Below, one piece after another: positions 45,154-55,130 of a stretch of 61,023 nt of DNA. Made by a program: the position numbers and the translations under genes. Positions within the stretch are counted from its first letter, which is position 1; each line of letters starts with the position of its first letter. Source of the DNA: Gammaproteobacteria bacterium (GTDB taxonomy: Bacteria > Pseudomonadota > Gammaproteobacteria > GCA-001735895); the NCBI GenBank assembly GCA_024232855.1, contig JAAEPH010000056.1, positions 1 to 61,023 on the forward strand. Reading direction: 5' to 3'. The notes beneath the pieces were generated by a model. The model saw only the letters and a list, made by a program, of their open reading frames with translations, had not been told where the DNA came from and searched no databases.

Positions 45154-46509
45154 CTATAAAAGCACCCTTCTGATGTCTGATATGACTTGGCTCAGGAAAC
45201 TGGAAAAGCGCGCGGCCTGCGCACCATCGATAACACGATGATCGTATGACAGACCCAGCGGCAAGATCAAGCGTGCTACAAATTCACCATCGATGTAAAC
45301 CGGCTGCATTTTCGAACGCGACACCCCGAGAATGGCAACCTCGGGCGCATTGACGATCGGCGTAAAGTTGGTTCCCCCGATGCCACCGAGGCTCGAAATC
45401 GTAAAACAACCGCCCTGCATATCGCCGGGTGACAGCCTACCGTCACGCGCGCGAATCGAAACTTCACCCAGTTCGGCTGCCAGTTCGAACAAACCCTTGC
45501 GATCGACGTCGCGCACCACCGGTACCACCAGCCCGTTCGGCGTATCCACGGCAATACCGATATGAAAATACTTTTTCATAACCAGGTTTTCTCCGCTGGC
45601 ATCGAGCGAGGCATTGAAAATCGGGTACTCCTGCATGGCGGCGACGACCGCCTTCATCAGAAATATCAACGGGGTGAGACGCAGTCCTTTCTTTTCAGCC
45701 TCTTTCGCCAGGGATTTTCGGAAAGCTTCGAGTTCGGTGATATCGGCTTCGTCGAACTGAGTGACGTGGGGCACCGTAACCCAGCTGCGATGCAGGTGAG
45801 CTCCGGAAATTTTCTTGATTCTGCCGAGTGCGACGGTTTCGATTTCACCAAACCTGGAATGATCGATTTCAGGCATGCTGCTGATGCTGAATGCAGCGCC
45901 CGCGGCCGCACCCGTGGCGCCGCCGGAGATGGCGGTCTTGACGAAGGCCTTGACGTCGGACTTGGCGATTCGGCCCTTGGGTCCACTACCGATAACCCGC
46001 TGCAGGTCGACTCCGAGTTCCCGGGCATACCTGCGAATCGACGGACTGGCATGGACCATCTTGGTGCTGGCGGTTGCCGGATCACCGGCAGCGGCGCCCG
46101 GATGAGGGCGCAGCGGTTTCCCCGGGGCCGCATCGCTCTTCGGTGAGCTCGCCGTAGCAGGCTCGGGAACAGCAGGGCTCGCCGGTGGTGGCGCCGCCTC
46201 GACGGCCGCCGGCAGTGATTCGACCGGCTTTGCCTGCTGCGCCGAAGCTTCGCTTTTCGAAGAATCACCAGCGGCAGACAGGATTGCAATTTTGTCACCC
46301 TCGTTGAGGCGGTCACCGACACTGACATCGATCGACTCGATCTTGCCGGCAAAGGGGCTCGGAATTTCCATCGTCGCCTTGTCGGATTCGAGCACGATGA
46401 TCGACTGCTCCTGCTCGATCACATCACCCACCGCAACGAGGATCTCGATGATCTCGATATCGTTAAAGTCGCCGACGTCCGGAAGCGTTACTGTCTTGTT
46501 TTCTGCCAC
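45154..46509 (-). CDS. aceF: Pyruvate dehydrogenase E2
   Basis: One lipoyl domain (ESDKA), HASPSIRR, DHRVIDG. Confidence 0.98.
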   Translation of the reverse strand: MAENKTVTLPDVGDFNDIEIIEILVAVGDVIEQEQSIIVLESDKATMEIPSPFAGKIESIDVSVGDRLNEGDKIAILSAAGDSSKSEASAQQAKPVESLPAAVEAAPPPASPAVPEPATASSPKSDAAPGKPLRPHPGAAAGDPATASTKMVHASPSIRRYARELGVDLQRVIGSGPKGRIAKSDVKAFVKTAISGGATGAAAGAAFSISSMPEIDHSRFGEIETVALGRIKKISGAHLHRSWVTVPHVTQFDEADITELEAFRKSLAKEAEKKGLRLTPLIFLMKAVVAAMQEYPIFNASLDASGENLVMKKYFHIGIAVDTPNGLVVPVVRDVDRKGLFELAAELGEVSIRARDGRLSPGDMQGGCFTISSLGGIGGTNFTPIVNAPEVAILGVSRSKMQPVYIDGEFVARLILPLGLSYDHRVIDGAQAARFSSFLSQVISDIRRVLL

Positions 46510-46525
46510 TGAAATACTCCTCTGC

Positions 46526-49183
46526 CTAAACCGTCACCGGGTTGGGCTTTTCGGGGTCGATACCGTATTTGGCAATCGCCTGCTGCACGACCTTGCTGTC
46601 AATCTCGCCCTCGTCGCAGAGTGCTTTCAAAGCGGCGACTACGATGTAGTAACGATTGACCTCGAAGAAGATACGCAGGTTTTCGCGGGTATCACTACGA
46701 CCGAAACCGTCGGTACCGAGACTGACAAAGCGTGATGGCACAAATTCCCTGATCTGCTCGGCATAGGCGCGAATGTAGTCGGTGGAGACAATTACTGGCC
46801 CCTTGCGGCCCTGCAACTGGGTTTCCAGGTAACTGCAGCGCGCCTTCTTGGTGGGGTGCAGCTGATTCCAGCGGGTGCAGGCTTTTGCCTCGCGCGCCAG
46901 TTCGTTGATACTGGTCGCGCTCCAGACATCGGCGTTGATTTCGAAATCCTGCTTCAGGAGTTCGGCGGCCTCGATCACTTCGCGCAGAATCGTACCCGAT
47001 CCCATGAGTTGCACCTTGTGGCCTTTTTCCTCACCCTCATCGAGACAGTAAATGCCCTTGACGATACCCTCTTCCGAACCCTTCGGCATAGCCGGCTGAC
47101 GGTAGTTTTCATTCATCAGCGAGATGTAATAAAACACGTTTTCCTTCAACTGGTACATGCGCTTGAGGCCGCTGTGGATGATGACAGCGAGTTCGTAGGC
47201 AAAGCTGGGGTCATAGGAAATACAGTTGGGGATGGTGCCGGCAACGATCAGGCTGTGGCCGTCCTGATGCTGCAAACCTTCACCGGCGAGCGTGGTGCGC
47301 CCGGCGGTGCCGCCCATGAGGAAGCCGCGAACCTGCATGTCGCCAGCCGCCCAGGCCAGGTCTCCGATGCGCTGAAATCCGAACATCGAATAGTAAATGT
47401 AAAACGGGATCATGCTGACGCCGTGCGCGCTATAGGCCGAGCCCGCCGCAATCCACGATGACATCGCGCCCGCCTCGTTGATGCCTTCTTCGAGAATCTG
47501 TCCCTTGATATCCTCGCGATAATACATCACCTGGTCGGAGTCCATCGGCTCGTAAAGCTGGCCCTTGAATGAATAAATACCCAGTTGCCGAAACATGCCT
47601 TCCATGCCGAAAGTCCTGGCCTCGTCCGGCACGATCGGAACAATGTTATTGCCGATATTCTTGTCACGCGCCAGGCTCGAAAGCATGCGTACAAACGCCA
47701 TGGTGGTCGAGATTTCCCGTTCTCCACTGTCCTTCAACAAGGCATCGAACACCTCGAGCCCGGGGACGATCAGCGGTTCCGCGCTATCGCTGCGAACCGG
47801 CATGTAACCACCCAGCTTCTCGCGACTATTTCGCATGTACTTCATTTCCTCGCTGTCTTCGGGAAACCTGTAAAATGGTGTTTCGGAAATGTCGTCATCG
47901 CTGATCGGGATGTTGAAACGATCGCGAAATGCCTTGAGTGCATCCTCGCCCATCTTCTTTTGCGAATGCGTGATGTTCTGGCCCTCGCCGGCTTCACCCA
48001 TGCCATAACCCTTGACCGTCTTGGCGAGGATAACGGTTGGCCGGCCGGTGTATTCGACCGCCTCGGCATAGGCGGCAAATACCTTGTGCGGATCGTGACC
48101 GCCGCGATTCAGACGCCAGATATCCTGGTCCGACATATCGGCGACCATTTCGCGGGTTTCGGGATACTTGCCGAAGAAATGCTCGCGCGTGTATGCCCCG
48201 CCCTTCGCCTTGCAGGCCTGGTACTCGCCGTCTACGGTTTCTTCCATGAGACGCTGCAAGGCGCCATTATGATCCTTGGCGAGCAGGTGGTCCCAGTAGG
48301 AACCCCATACCACTTTTAAAACATTCCAGCCGGCGCCGCGAAACACGGCCTCCAGTTCCTGGATAATCTTGCCGTTACCGCGTACGGGACCATCGAGCCG
48401 CTGCAGGTTACAGTTAATGACGAAAATCAGGTTATCGAGTTTTTCGCGCGCCGCCAGCGAAATCGCGCCGAGGGATTCCGGTTCATCCATTTCTCCATCG
48501 CCCATGAATGCCCACACCTTGCGGTCCTGCTGCGGCTGGATACCACGGTTTTCGAGATACTTCATGAACCGCGCCTGGTAGATCGCCATTATCGGGCCCA
48601 GGCCCATCGATACCGTCGGGAATTGCCAGAAATTCGGCATCAGCCACGGATGCGGATAAGACGACAGGCCGTTTTCGTTGAGCGCCTCCTGGCGAAATGA
48701 CTTCAGCTGCTCTTCGGAAATGCGCCCTTCGAGGAAGGCGCGAGCGTAGATACCCGGCGCCGAGTGGCCCTGGAAAAAAACCAGATCGCCCTTGTTATCT
48801 TCGGTCGGCGCCCTGAAAAAGTGCATGAATCCGACATCGTAGAGCGTCGCAGCAGAGGCAAAGCTGGCAATGTGGCCACCCAGTTCACTCGACCTGCGAT
48901 TGGCGTGCACCACCATTGCCGCGGCATTCCAGCGAATCACCGAACGGATACTGTGCTCGATTGCCTGATCTCCGGGGATCGGGCGCTGCTGCGGGAGCGG
49001 TATGGTATTGACGTAGGCGGTGGTCGCCGAGAACGGCAGATAGACGCCGGAGCGGCGCGTCTTGTCGATCAGGCGCTCGAGCAGAAAATGCGCACGCTGT
49101 GGACCCTCGCGTTCCAGCACCGAATCGAGCGATTCTATCCATTCCTGGGTTTCTTCCGGATCAATGTCGGTTTCATCTACCAC
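46526..49183 (-). CDS. aceE: Pyruvate dehydrogenase E1 (homodimeric)
   Basis: DPEETQEW, LSSYPHP, GDGEMDEPES. Confidence 0.99.
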   Translation of the reverse strand: MVDETDIDPEETQEWIESLDSVLEREGPQRAHFLLERLIDKTRRSGVYLPFSATTAYVNTIPLPQQRPIPGDQAIEHSIRSVIRWNAAAMVVHANRRSSELGGHIASFASAATLYDVGFMHFFRAPTEDNKGDLVFFQGHSAPGIYARAFLEGRISEEQLKSFRQEALNENGLSSYPHPWLMPNFWQFPTVSMGLGPIMAIYQARFMKYLENRGIQPQQDRKVWAFMGDGEMDEPESLGAISLAAREKLDNLIFVINCNLQRLDGPVRGNGKIIQELEAVFRGAGWNVLKVVWGSYWDHLLAKDHNGALQRLMEETVDGEYQACKAKGGAYTREHFFGKYPETREMVADMSDQDIWRLNRGGHDPHKVFAAYAEAVEYTGRPTVILAKTVKGYGMGEAGEGQNITHSQKKMGEDALKAFRDRFNIPISDDDISETPFYRFPEDSEEMKYMRNSREKLGGYMPVRSDSAEPLIVPGLEVFDALLKDSGEREISTTMAFVRMLSSLARDKNIGNNIVPIVPDEARTFGMEGMFRQLGIYSFKGQLYEPMDSDQVMYYREDIKGQILEEGINEAGAMSSWIAAGSAYSAHGVSMIPFYIYYSMFGFQRIGDLAWAAGDMQVRGFLMGGTAGRTTLAGEGLQHQDGHSLIVAGTIPNCISYDPSFAYELAVIIHSGLKRMYQLKENVFYYISLMNENYRQPAMPKGSEEGIVKGIYCLDEGEEKGHKVQLMGSGTILREVIEAAELLKQDFEINADVWSATSINELAREAKACTRWNQLHPTKKARCSYLETQLQGRKGPVIVSTDYIRAYAEQIREFVPSRFVSLGTDGFGRSDTRENLRIFFEVNRYYIVVAALKALCDEGEIDSKVVQQAIAKYGIDPEKPNPVTV

Positions 49184-49253
49184 GCGCGTTGCCTTTACTG
49201 TAAATTGGCGGGATTATACAGCAAATTAATTCATAGCCTGTTGCAATTATTAT

Positions 49254-49416
49254 CCTAGAAAACGCAATAGGGCGCGAAAAAGATGTGCAAGCGATTGATT
49301 TAGATAGCGTAATGAAAAAATGCGTGGTCACCTTATTGGTGATAAGCACTTTTTTCATATAGCTAAATGAATCAATCGCTTGTGCAGACTTTCGTGATCC
49401 TACTGCGTTTTCTAGG
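49254..49416. mobile_element. 163-bp fully palindromic AT-rich MITE with ATTAT duplication
   Basis: ATTAT-CCTAGAAAACGCAATAGG...CCTACTGCGTTTTCTAGG-ATTAT; arms pair over most of their length around the loop at 49333-49337. Confidence 0.8.
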
Positions 49417-49465
49417 ATTATTATTAATAACTCTATAAATATTTCATATCGGATAATCGGTACCG

Positions 49466-50506
49466 ATGAATAAATTGACCATCATCAAACCCGACGACTG
49501 GCATCTGCACTTACGCGACTCGCCGTACCTGGAAGCGGTCGTGCGCGACAGCGCTCGCCAGTTCGGGCGTGCGATCATCATGCCCAATCTGAATCCACCG
49601 GTACGCAGCTGTGCCGATGCGATGGCCTATCGCAAACGTATCATGGCCGCGCTCGCCGACGAAAGTGACTTCGAGCCGCTGATGACCCTGTACCTGACGG
49701 ATAACACCAGTGTCGAGGATATCCGCGCCGCCAGCAAATCCACCAGCATACACGGCGCCAAACTTTACCCCGCGGGCGCAACCACGAACTCCGATGCCGG
49801 GGTTACCGACCTGGCGAAACTCGCGCCCGTGTTCGAGGCGATGCAAGACTCCGGGCTGATGCTGCAGGTGCACGGTGAATCGACCGCGAGCGATGTGGAC
49901 GTATTCGATCGAGAGAAGGTCTTTATCGATAAAAGCCTGCAGCGTATTCGTGCGGACTACCCCGAACTACGCATCGTTTTTGAACATATCACGACGAAGG
50001 AAGCGGTCGACTTCGTGCGCGCCGGCGATGTTAATCTCGCTGCCACGATCACGCCCCATCACCTTTTGATCAATCGCAACGCGATTTTCCAGGGCGGCAT
50101 TCGGCCGCATCATTACTGCCTGCCGATCGTCAAACGCGAGCATCACCGACGCGCCCTGGTGGAGGCGGCTGTCAGCGGCGAGACGCGTTTCTTCAGTGGC
50201 ACCGACAGTGCGCCGCACAGCCGCGTCGCCAAGCAATCCGCCTGCGGCTGCGCCGGTATTTACTCGGCCCACAGCGCGCTCGAACTCTATGCCGAGGCCT
50301 TCGATGAACTCGGTGACTTTACCCATTTCGAATCCTTCGTGAGTCTCAATGGCGCCCATTTTTACCGGCTACCGCCAAACCGGGATTCGGTAACGCTACA
50401 GCGGCTTCAGTGGACTGTTCCGGACTCCTTGCCCTACCCCGAATCCTGCTTGATCCCGTTCCGCGCCGGGGAGACATTAAACTGGAAACTCATCCACGAT
50501 GACTAA
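49466..50506 (+). CDS. pyrC: Dihydroorotase (type II)
   Basis: PDDWHLHLRD, KLYPAGATTNS, GTDSAPH. Confidence 0.99.
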   Translation: MNKLTIIKPDDWHLHLRDSPYLEAVVRDSARQFGRAIIMPNLNPPVRSCADAMAYRKRIMAALADESDFEPLMTLYLTDNTSVEDIRAASKSTSIHGAKLYPAGATTNSDAGVTDLAKLAPVFEAMQDSGLMLQVHGESTASDVDVFDREKVFIDKSLQRIRADYPELRIVFEHITTKEAVDFVRAGDVNLAATITPHHLLINRNAIFQGGIRPHHYCLPIVKREHHRRALVEAAVSGETRFFSGTDSAPHSRVAKQSACGCAGIYSAHSALELYAEAFDELGDFTHFESFVSLNGAHFYRLPPNRDSVTLQRLQWTVPDSLPYPESCLIPFRAGETLNWKLIHDD

Positions 50507-50609
50507 CCCGCATATCTCACCGTTTTACGTCGCGATATGCACATGGATATGCAGTAGTAGAGCAATGCAGGAGCAATTGCCGAGGAAATCGGTGAGATAT
50601 GCGGGCTAA
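50503..50609. mobile_element. MITE family A, copy 2 (99 bp plus CTAA duplication)
   Basis: CTAA-CCCGCATATCTCACCG...CGGTGAGATATGCGGG-CTAA; perfect 16-bp terminal inverted repeats. Confidence 0.88.
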
Positions 50610-51213
50610 TATAACCCCGATGTCGCAGCGGTTTCGCGGCTACCTGCCCGTCGTCGTCGATGTCGAGACCGGCGGATTCAACGAAGCCACCGATGCATTG
50701 TTGCAGGTCGCCGCGGTGCTGATCGACATCGATGAACAGGGGCAGTTTTACTGCTGCGACACCGTTTCCTGCCACGTAACGCCGTTTGCCGGCGCCAACC
50801 TCGACCCGAAATCGATGGAAGTGAATGGCATCGATGTCGATCACCCCTTCCGCCTCGCAGTCGATGAAAAGCAGGCATTGCCAAAAATTTTCAAACCGGT
50901 TCGTGAAGCGATCAAGCAGCACGCCTGCAACAAGGCGATCCTGGTCGGGCACAATGCGCACTTCGATCTCAAGTTCATCAACGCGGCGGCCGCCAGGACC
51001 GGCATAAAGCGCAATCCGTTTCACCCCTTCAGTACCTTTGACACGGTAACCCTGGCGGGCCTGGCCTACGGCCAGACGGTGCTCGCGCGCTCGATAAAAT
51101 CGGCCGGTATGGAATGGGATCCAGAGGAGGCGCATTCGGCGATCTACGATGCCGAAATGACGGCAATGCTGTTTTGCAAGATCGTCAACGAAATCGGATT
51201 TGTGCAGCCCTAG
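50599..51213 (+). CDS. rnt: Ribonuclease T
   Basis: [31 protein letters not shown] (DEDDh). Confidence 0.98.
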   Translation: MRANITPMSQRFRGYLPVVVDVETGGFNEATDALLQVAAVLIDIDEQGQFYCCDTVSCHVTPFAGANLDPKSMEVNGIDVDHPFRLAVDEKQALPKIFKPVREAIKQHACNKAILVGHNAHFDLKFINAAAARTGIKRNPFHPFSTFDTVTLAGLAYGQTVLARSIKSAGMEWDPEEAHSAIYDAEMTAMLFCKIVNEIGFVQP

Positions 51214-51309
51214 CCAGGAAACCTCCGCACAAGTCAGAAACGAATCAGCTGTCCCCCGGCAATAGAATTCATCTATACTTGAATCCACTCCACACGGCCC
51301 GCCAACGCT

Positions 51310-52215
51310 TTGCGCAAAGAAGATATCCCCATAATAGTTGTCGATGACCTGCAGTTCAGTCGCGAGGTGGTTAAATCCGGCCTCGGTAAGTCGGGTTACA
51401 CGGACATCCGCACCGCCTCTTCGGCGGACGAAGCGCTCTACCTGCTCAACCAGCGGCGCGCGCTCGTGGTGCTCGCGGATTTCTGGATGCCGGGCATGAA
51501 CGGTCTTGAAATGACCGACCTGATACGCCGCTGGGATGAAAACAACGATCGCTATACCGGCATCGTGCTGCTAACCGCGGAAGACACCGCGTCCAGCATC
51601 GTCGTGGCCTTCGATCGCGGCGTCGATGATTTTATTTCCAAATCGGCGAGCCAGTTTGAGCTCGCGGCACGCGTGTTCGGTGCGGGCCGCTACGCTTTCC
51701 AGCAAAACAGCTTACGCGAACGCATGCGTCACCTGAGTAACCAGTTCCTCAAAATGAAGCAGAATAGCCTGCAGGATTCGGAAACCAATCTGCCTAATCG
51801 TGCCCAGCTCGAAGCGCATATCGAATCGATGATTGAACATTGTAATACGCGCGGCGGCGGATTTGGCTTCGCCCTGATCGAGGTGAGCGCGGGGGACAAC
51901 GAGCTGCGTCCCGGGACCCTCAAGACCATCGCCAACTCCCTTCAACTTTCGCTGCGCCCGATGGACATGGTCTCGAGGTACAGCATGAGCACCTTCGCGG
52001 TTTCAGTACATTATCAGGATCCGCAGGCATTCAGTATCGAACTGTTTGATCGCCTCATCGAAAACATCAGGCGTCACACCAGGCAAACCACCGACCAGGG
52101 CAAAACGCTGGGTATTTCCATCGGTGTCTGGCATGGCCACGAATTAGATCCGGTGCCCACGGTTGCCGAAATCGTCGCCCATGCTCACCAGGCGAGCGCA
52201 CCGATCCACCAATAG
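51310..52215 (+). CDS. Response regulator: receiver domain plus degenerate GGDEF-like domain
   Basis: VVDD...DFWMPGMNG...LTA...DDFISK, then DSETNLPNR and SRYSMSTF in place of RxGGDEF. Confidence 0.85.
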   Translation: MRKEDIPIIVVDDLQFSREVVKSGLGKSGYTDIRTASSADEALYLLNQRRALVVLADFWMPGMNGLEMTDLIRRWDENNDRYTGIVLLTAEDTASSIVVAFDRGVDDFISKSASQFELAARVFGAGRYAFQQNSLRERMRHLSNQFLKMKQNSLQDSETNLPNRAQLEAHIESMIEHCNTRGGGFGFALIEVSAGDNELRPGTLKTIANSLQLSLRPMDMVSRYSMSTFAVSVHYQDPQAFSIELFDRLIENIRRHTRQTTDQGKTLGISIGVWHGHELDPVPTVAEIVAHAHQASAPIHQ

Positions 52216-52386
52216 GCTCACCAATTATCCCATCACCGGCGCGGCCACCTGAACAAACACCGCCCCAAAAAATCGAAGCCTCGATAGGTAAGGCGAGAAC
52301 ACTTTTAAGGCGCGGGCGCCGTCGAAGGCAACACTTACAAAGGCCTGAAAACGCTTGTAGCTGGAGTGTCCGGTCCGTGCTTCGAT

Positions 52387-52410
52387 GGGGACAGACTGAA
52401 GTCTGTCCCC
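52387..52410. repeat. REP-like hairpin between convergent genes
   Basis: GGGGACAGACT-GA-AGTCTGTCCCC. Confidence 0.7.
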
Positions 52411-52429
52411 GGGGGTCCGGGGTTCGGGG

Positions 52430-52753
52430 TTAGCTGGCTTTTTCGAGGGCGGCCGTGGTTATTTTTTCGAGGTCGCCGGAATCGTGCATTTCCAGCGTAA
52501 TATCGCAACCGCCGATCAATTCCCCATCGACGTACACCTGGGGGAAAGTTGGCCAGTCGGCGAAGCGCGGCAGGTTTTGAAAAATTTCAGGGTCGGCCAA
52601 TACGTTGACATAAGCAAACTCGATACCCAGGGATTTCAGTGCTTCAGCAGTACGGCTGGAAAAGCCACATTGCGGCAACTGCGGGGTACCCTTCATGTAA
52701 ATGATGACGGGATAGGTTTCGACTTGCTGTTTAATACGGTCCAGGACGTCCAT
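52430..52753 (-). CDS. grxD: Monothiol glutaredoxin Grx4
   Basis: MKGTP...CGFS...WPTFPQ...GGCD. Confidence 0.98.
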   Translation of the reverse strand: MDVLDRIKQQVETYPVIIYMKGTPQLPQCGFSSRTAEALKSLGIEFAYVNVLADPEIFQNLPRFADWPTFPQVYVDGELIGGCDITLEMHDSGDLEKITTAALEKAS

Positions 52754-52899
52754 TCATTACCTCAAAAAATAACCAAGTAAAATACTAAGGTATTATCATA
52801 ACCATTTTTTTCAATATTGAAAGCACGTTTATGTTGAAATCAGCCACCTTCGAAATACCAGCTCAGGCAATGTGTAAATCACGGCGGCTCCAGTCCCGC

Positions 52900-54675
52900 T
52901 CAGCTATCGATATGCTGCTGCAACCAGTACTCGAGCAGAGCGCTATGCCAGAGCTTGCTGCCGTTGAGCCGTGTAAAATGCTGCTCCGGTTCGGACAGCA
53001 GGCGATCGATGTAGCTGCGATTGAACAGGCCCCGCTCGAGACTGCGCTGACTGTTGAGCGTATCCGCCATGAATTGATAAAAATCGCCGCGCACGAATTT
53101 TAACGCCGGCATCGGGAAATAACCTTTGGGCCGGTCTATTACCGCGTCGGGAATGCGGCCGCGCGCGATTTCCTTGAGTACGCCCTTGCCGTGGTGCTTC
53201 AGCTTCAATTCCACGGGGCAGGAAGCCGCCAGTTCTACCAGCTGATGATCGAGGAAAGGTACGCGCGCCTCCAGGCCCCAGGCCATCGTCATGTTGTCCA
53301 CCCGTTTGACAGGATCGTCCACGATCAGCGTGGTGATATCAAAACGCAGCACCGCGTCAATAAAACTGTCGGCCTCGTCGGTATGCAAATGTTCCTCGAT
53401 CAGGTCGGCGGTATAATCCTCGGCATGGTACTGCGCGCTCACGGTTTCGCAAAACTCGTCATGGTCCCGATCGACATAGCGGCTTGCAAAGCGCTCTAGC
53501 ACCGGGCCCTCGGCCCTCGCCATCTGCTCATACCAGAAATACCCGGCGAATACCTCATCCGCGCCCTGCCCGCTCTGCACCACCTTGACCGACCTCGAGA
53601 CCTGTTCGGAAAGCAGGTAAAAAGCGACTGCGTCCTGACCGAACATGGGTTCCGCCATGGCCGTGACCGCCTCCGGCAGACGCGTCAGGACCTCGGCATT
53701 CGGAATCAGAAATTTTTGATGGTCACTGGAATAACGCGCAGCGACCGGATCGGAGAACTCGAACTCGTTACCGCGTTCTTCCGGCTGATCCTCGAAGCCG
53801 ATGCTGTAGGTGCGGATATCGCGCTGCCCGGCTTCGGCGAGCAGCGCTACCAGCAGGCTCGAATCGAGCCCTCCCGATAACAGCACGCCGACCGGGACGT
53901 CGGCTATCGTCAGGCGCTTTTTCACCGCCTGCATCAGCGCATCGTGGATGGCATTGTTCCAGTCCTGATCTGACATCGCCTCTGCCGGGCGTTTCGCAAT
54001 CAGTGTCCAGTAACGCTCGACGTCGACCCTGCCTTCGGAACCGACATTCATGTAATGCGCCGGGCGACACTTCCTGATCGACTTGATGAGCGTGCGCGGC
54101 GCCGGAATGACGGCGTGCAGGCTTAGCTGGTGGTGTAATCCGACAGCATCGATATCGCTCGCAAACAAGCCCGTGGCAAGCAGCGCCTGCGGGTTCGACG
54201 CAAAATAAAATCCCTTTTGCGACTGCGCATAGTAAAGCGGCTTGATGCCCATGCGATCGCGCGCCAGAAACAGGTTCTGTTTTACCGAGTCCCAGATGGC
54301 GAAGGCAAACATACCGTGCAGGCGCTCGACGCAGGCGTCTCCCCAACAGGCGTATGCATTTATGATGACTTCGGTATCGCTGTGCGAATTGAAGCGATAA
54401 CCCTTCTCCAGCAAAACCTCACGCAGTTCCGGGTAGTTGTAAATGGTGCCATTGAATACGATCGTATAGCGTCCGGCGACGTCCTGCATCGGCTGGTGCC
54501 CGGCCGGCGACAGGTCGATAATCGCCAGCCGCCGGTGTCCCAGCATCACCGGCCCGTCGAAAAACTCACCCTTGTCGTCGGGCCCGCGCTGTGCAACCCG
54601 CTGCGACATCCTGGTGGCGTGGTCAGGGCTGATCGCGCTTGCATCGAAACTCAAAGCACCAAATAAGCCGCACAT
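52900..54675 (-). CDS. AsnB-like Ntn glutamine amidotransferase (NAGGN amidotransferase AsnO type)
   Basis: N-terminal MCG, HRRLAIID, LSGGLDS; VVQSGQGADE and DDPVKRVDNMTMAWGLE resemble the AsnO subfamily. Confidence 0.85.
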   Translation of the reverse strand: MCGLFGALSFDASAISPDHATRMSQRVAQRGPDDKGEFFDGPVMLGHRRLAIIDLSPAGHQPMQDVAGRYTIVFNGTIYNYPELREVLLEKGYRFNSHSDTEVIINAYACWGDACVERLHGMFAFAIWDSVKQNLFLARDRMGIKPLYYAQSQKGFYFASNPQALLATGLFASDIDAVGLHHQLSLHAVIPAPRTLIKSIRKCRPAHYMNVGSEGRVDVERYWTLIAKRPAEAMSDQDWNNAIHDALMQAVKKRLTIADVPVGVLLSGGLDSSLLVALLAEAGQRDIRTYSIGFEDQPEERGNEFEFSDPVAARYSSDHQKFLIPNAEVLTRLPEAVTAMAEPMFGQDAVAFYLLSEQVSRSVKVVQSGQGADEVFAGYFWYEQMARAEGPVLERFASRYVDRDHDEFCETVSAQYHAEDYTADLIEEHLHTDEADSFIDAVLRFDITTLIVDDPVKRVDNMTMAWGLEARVPFLDHQLVELAASCPVELKLKHHGKGVLKEIARGRIPDAVIDRPKGYFPMPALKFVRGDFYQFMADTLNSQRSLERGLFNRSYIDRLLSEPEQHFTRLNGSKLWHSALLEYWLQQHIDS

Positions 54676-54833
54676 AAAACCTCACTAGAACCGTAGTTTT
54701 TTCACACCGAAACCTTGCCATACAATGCGTTACACCCCTCAGGGAAGGTCCATATACTGCGCCGCCTGTAAAGGGCCGGTGCACACTGTAAATCAGGCCC
54801 CGTATTCTAAACGTTTAAAATTCGGAGTCACCA

Positions 54834-55060
54834 ATGAATCCAATTAAATCGATACGGGGGTACGATTGTCTTCGGTTTCGTGCTGGCGTTGGTGCTCACG
54901 TTTATTCTGGACGCAAGCGGCACGGTTAATCTGTTGGAATTCTGGGTGTGGATGCACGTGCTGGTCGGCATCACCTGGGTTGAGCTGGTTTACTATTTCA
55001 ACTTCATACAGATTCCCGGCGTCGCAAAAGCGTTGGCTGAAGCCAACGACGGCGGGGCCT
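54834..55060 (+). pseudogene. Frameshifted, truncated PuuD/urate-oxidase-N-terminal-like membrane protein
   Basis: GGAG Shine-Dalgarno and ATG 54834; extra G in the run at 54856-54860; WMHVLVGITWVELVYYFNFIQIP motif; similarity appears to end near 55057. Confidence 0.6.
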
Positions 55061-55130
55061 TTTTTCCCGAAAGGCTTGTATTCGCCGAAAATCACTGTAT
55101 GTTTGAGCGTTTTTTTCACGCAGCCAGCCA

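Noticed and set aside
50503-51288. 261-aa minus-strand ORF opposite rnt
   Set aside because: Antisense shadow ORF ending in the MITE.
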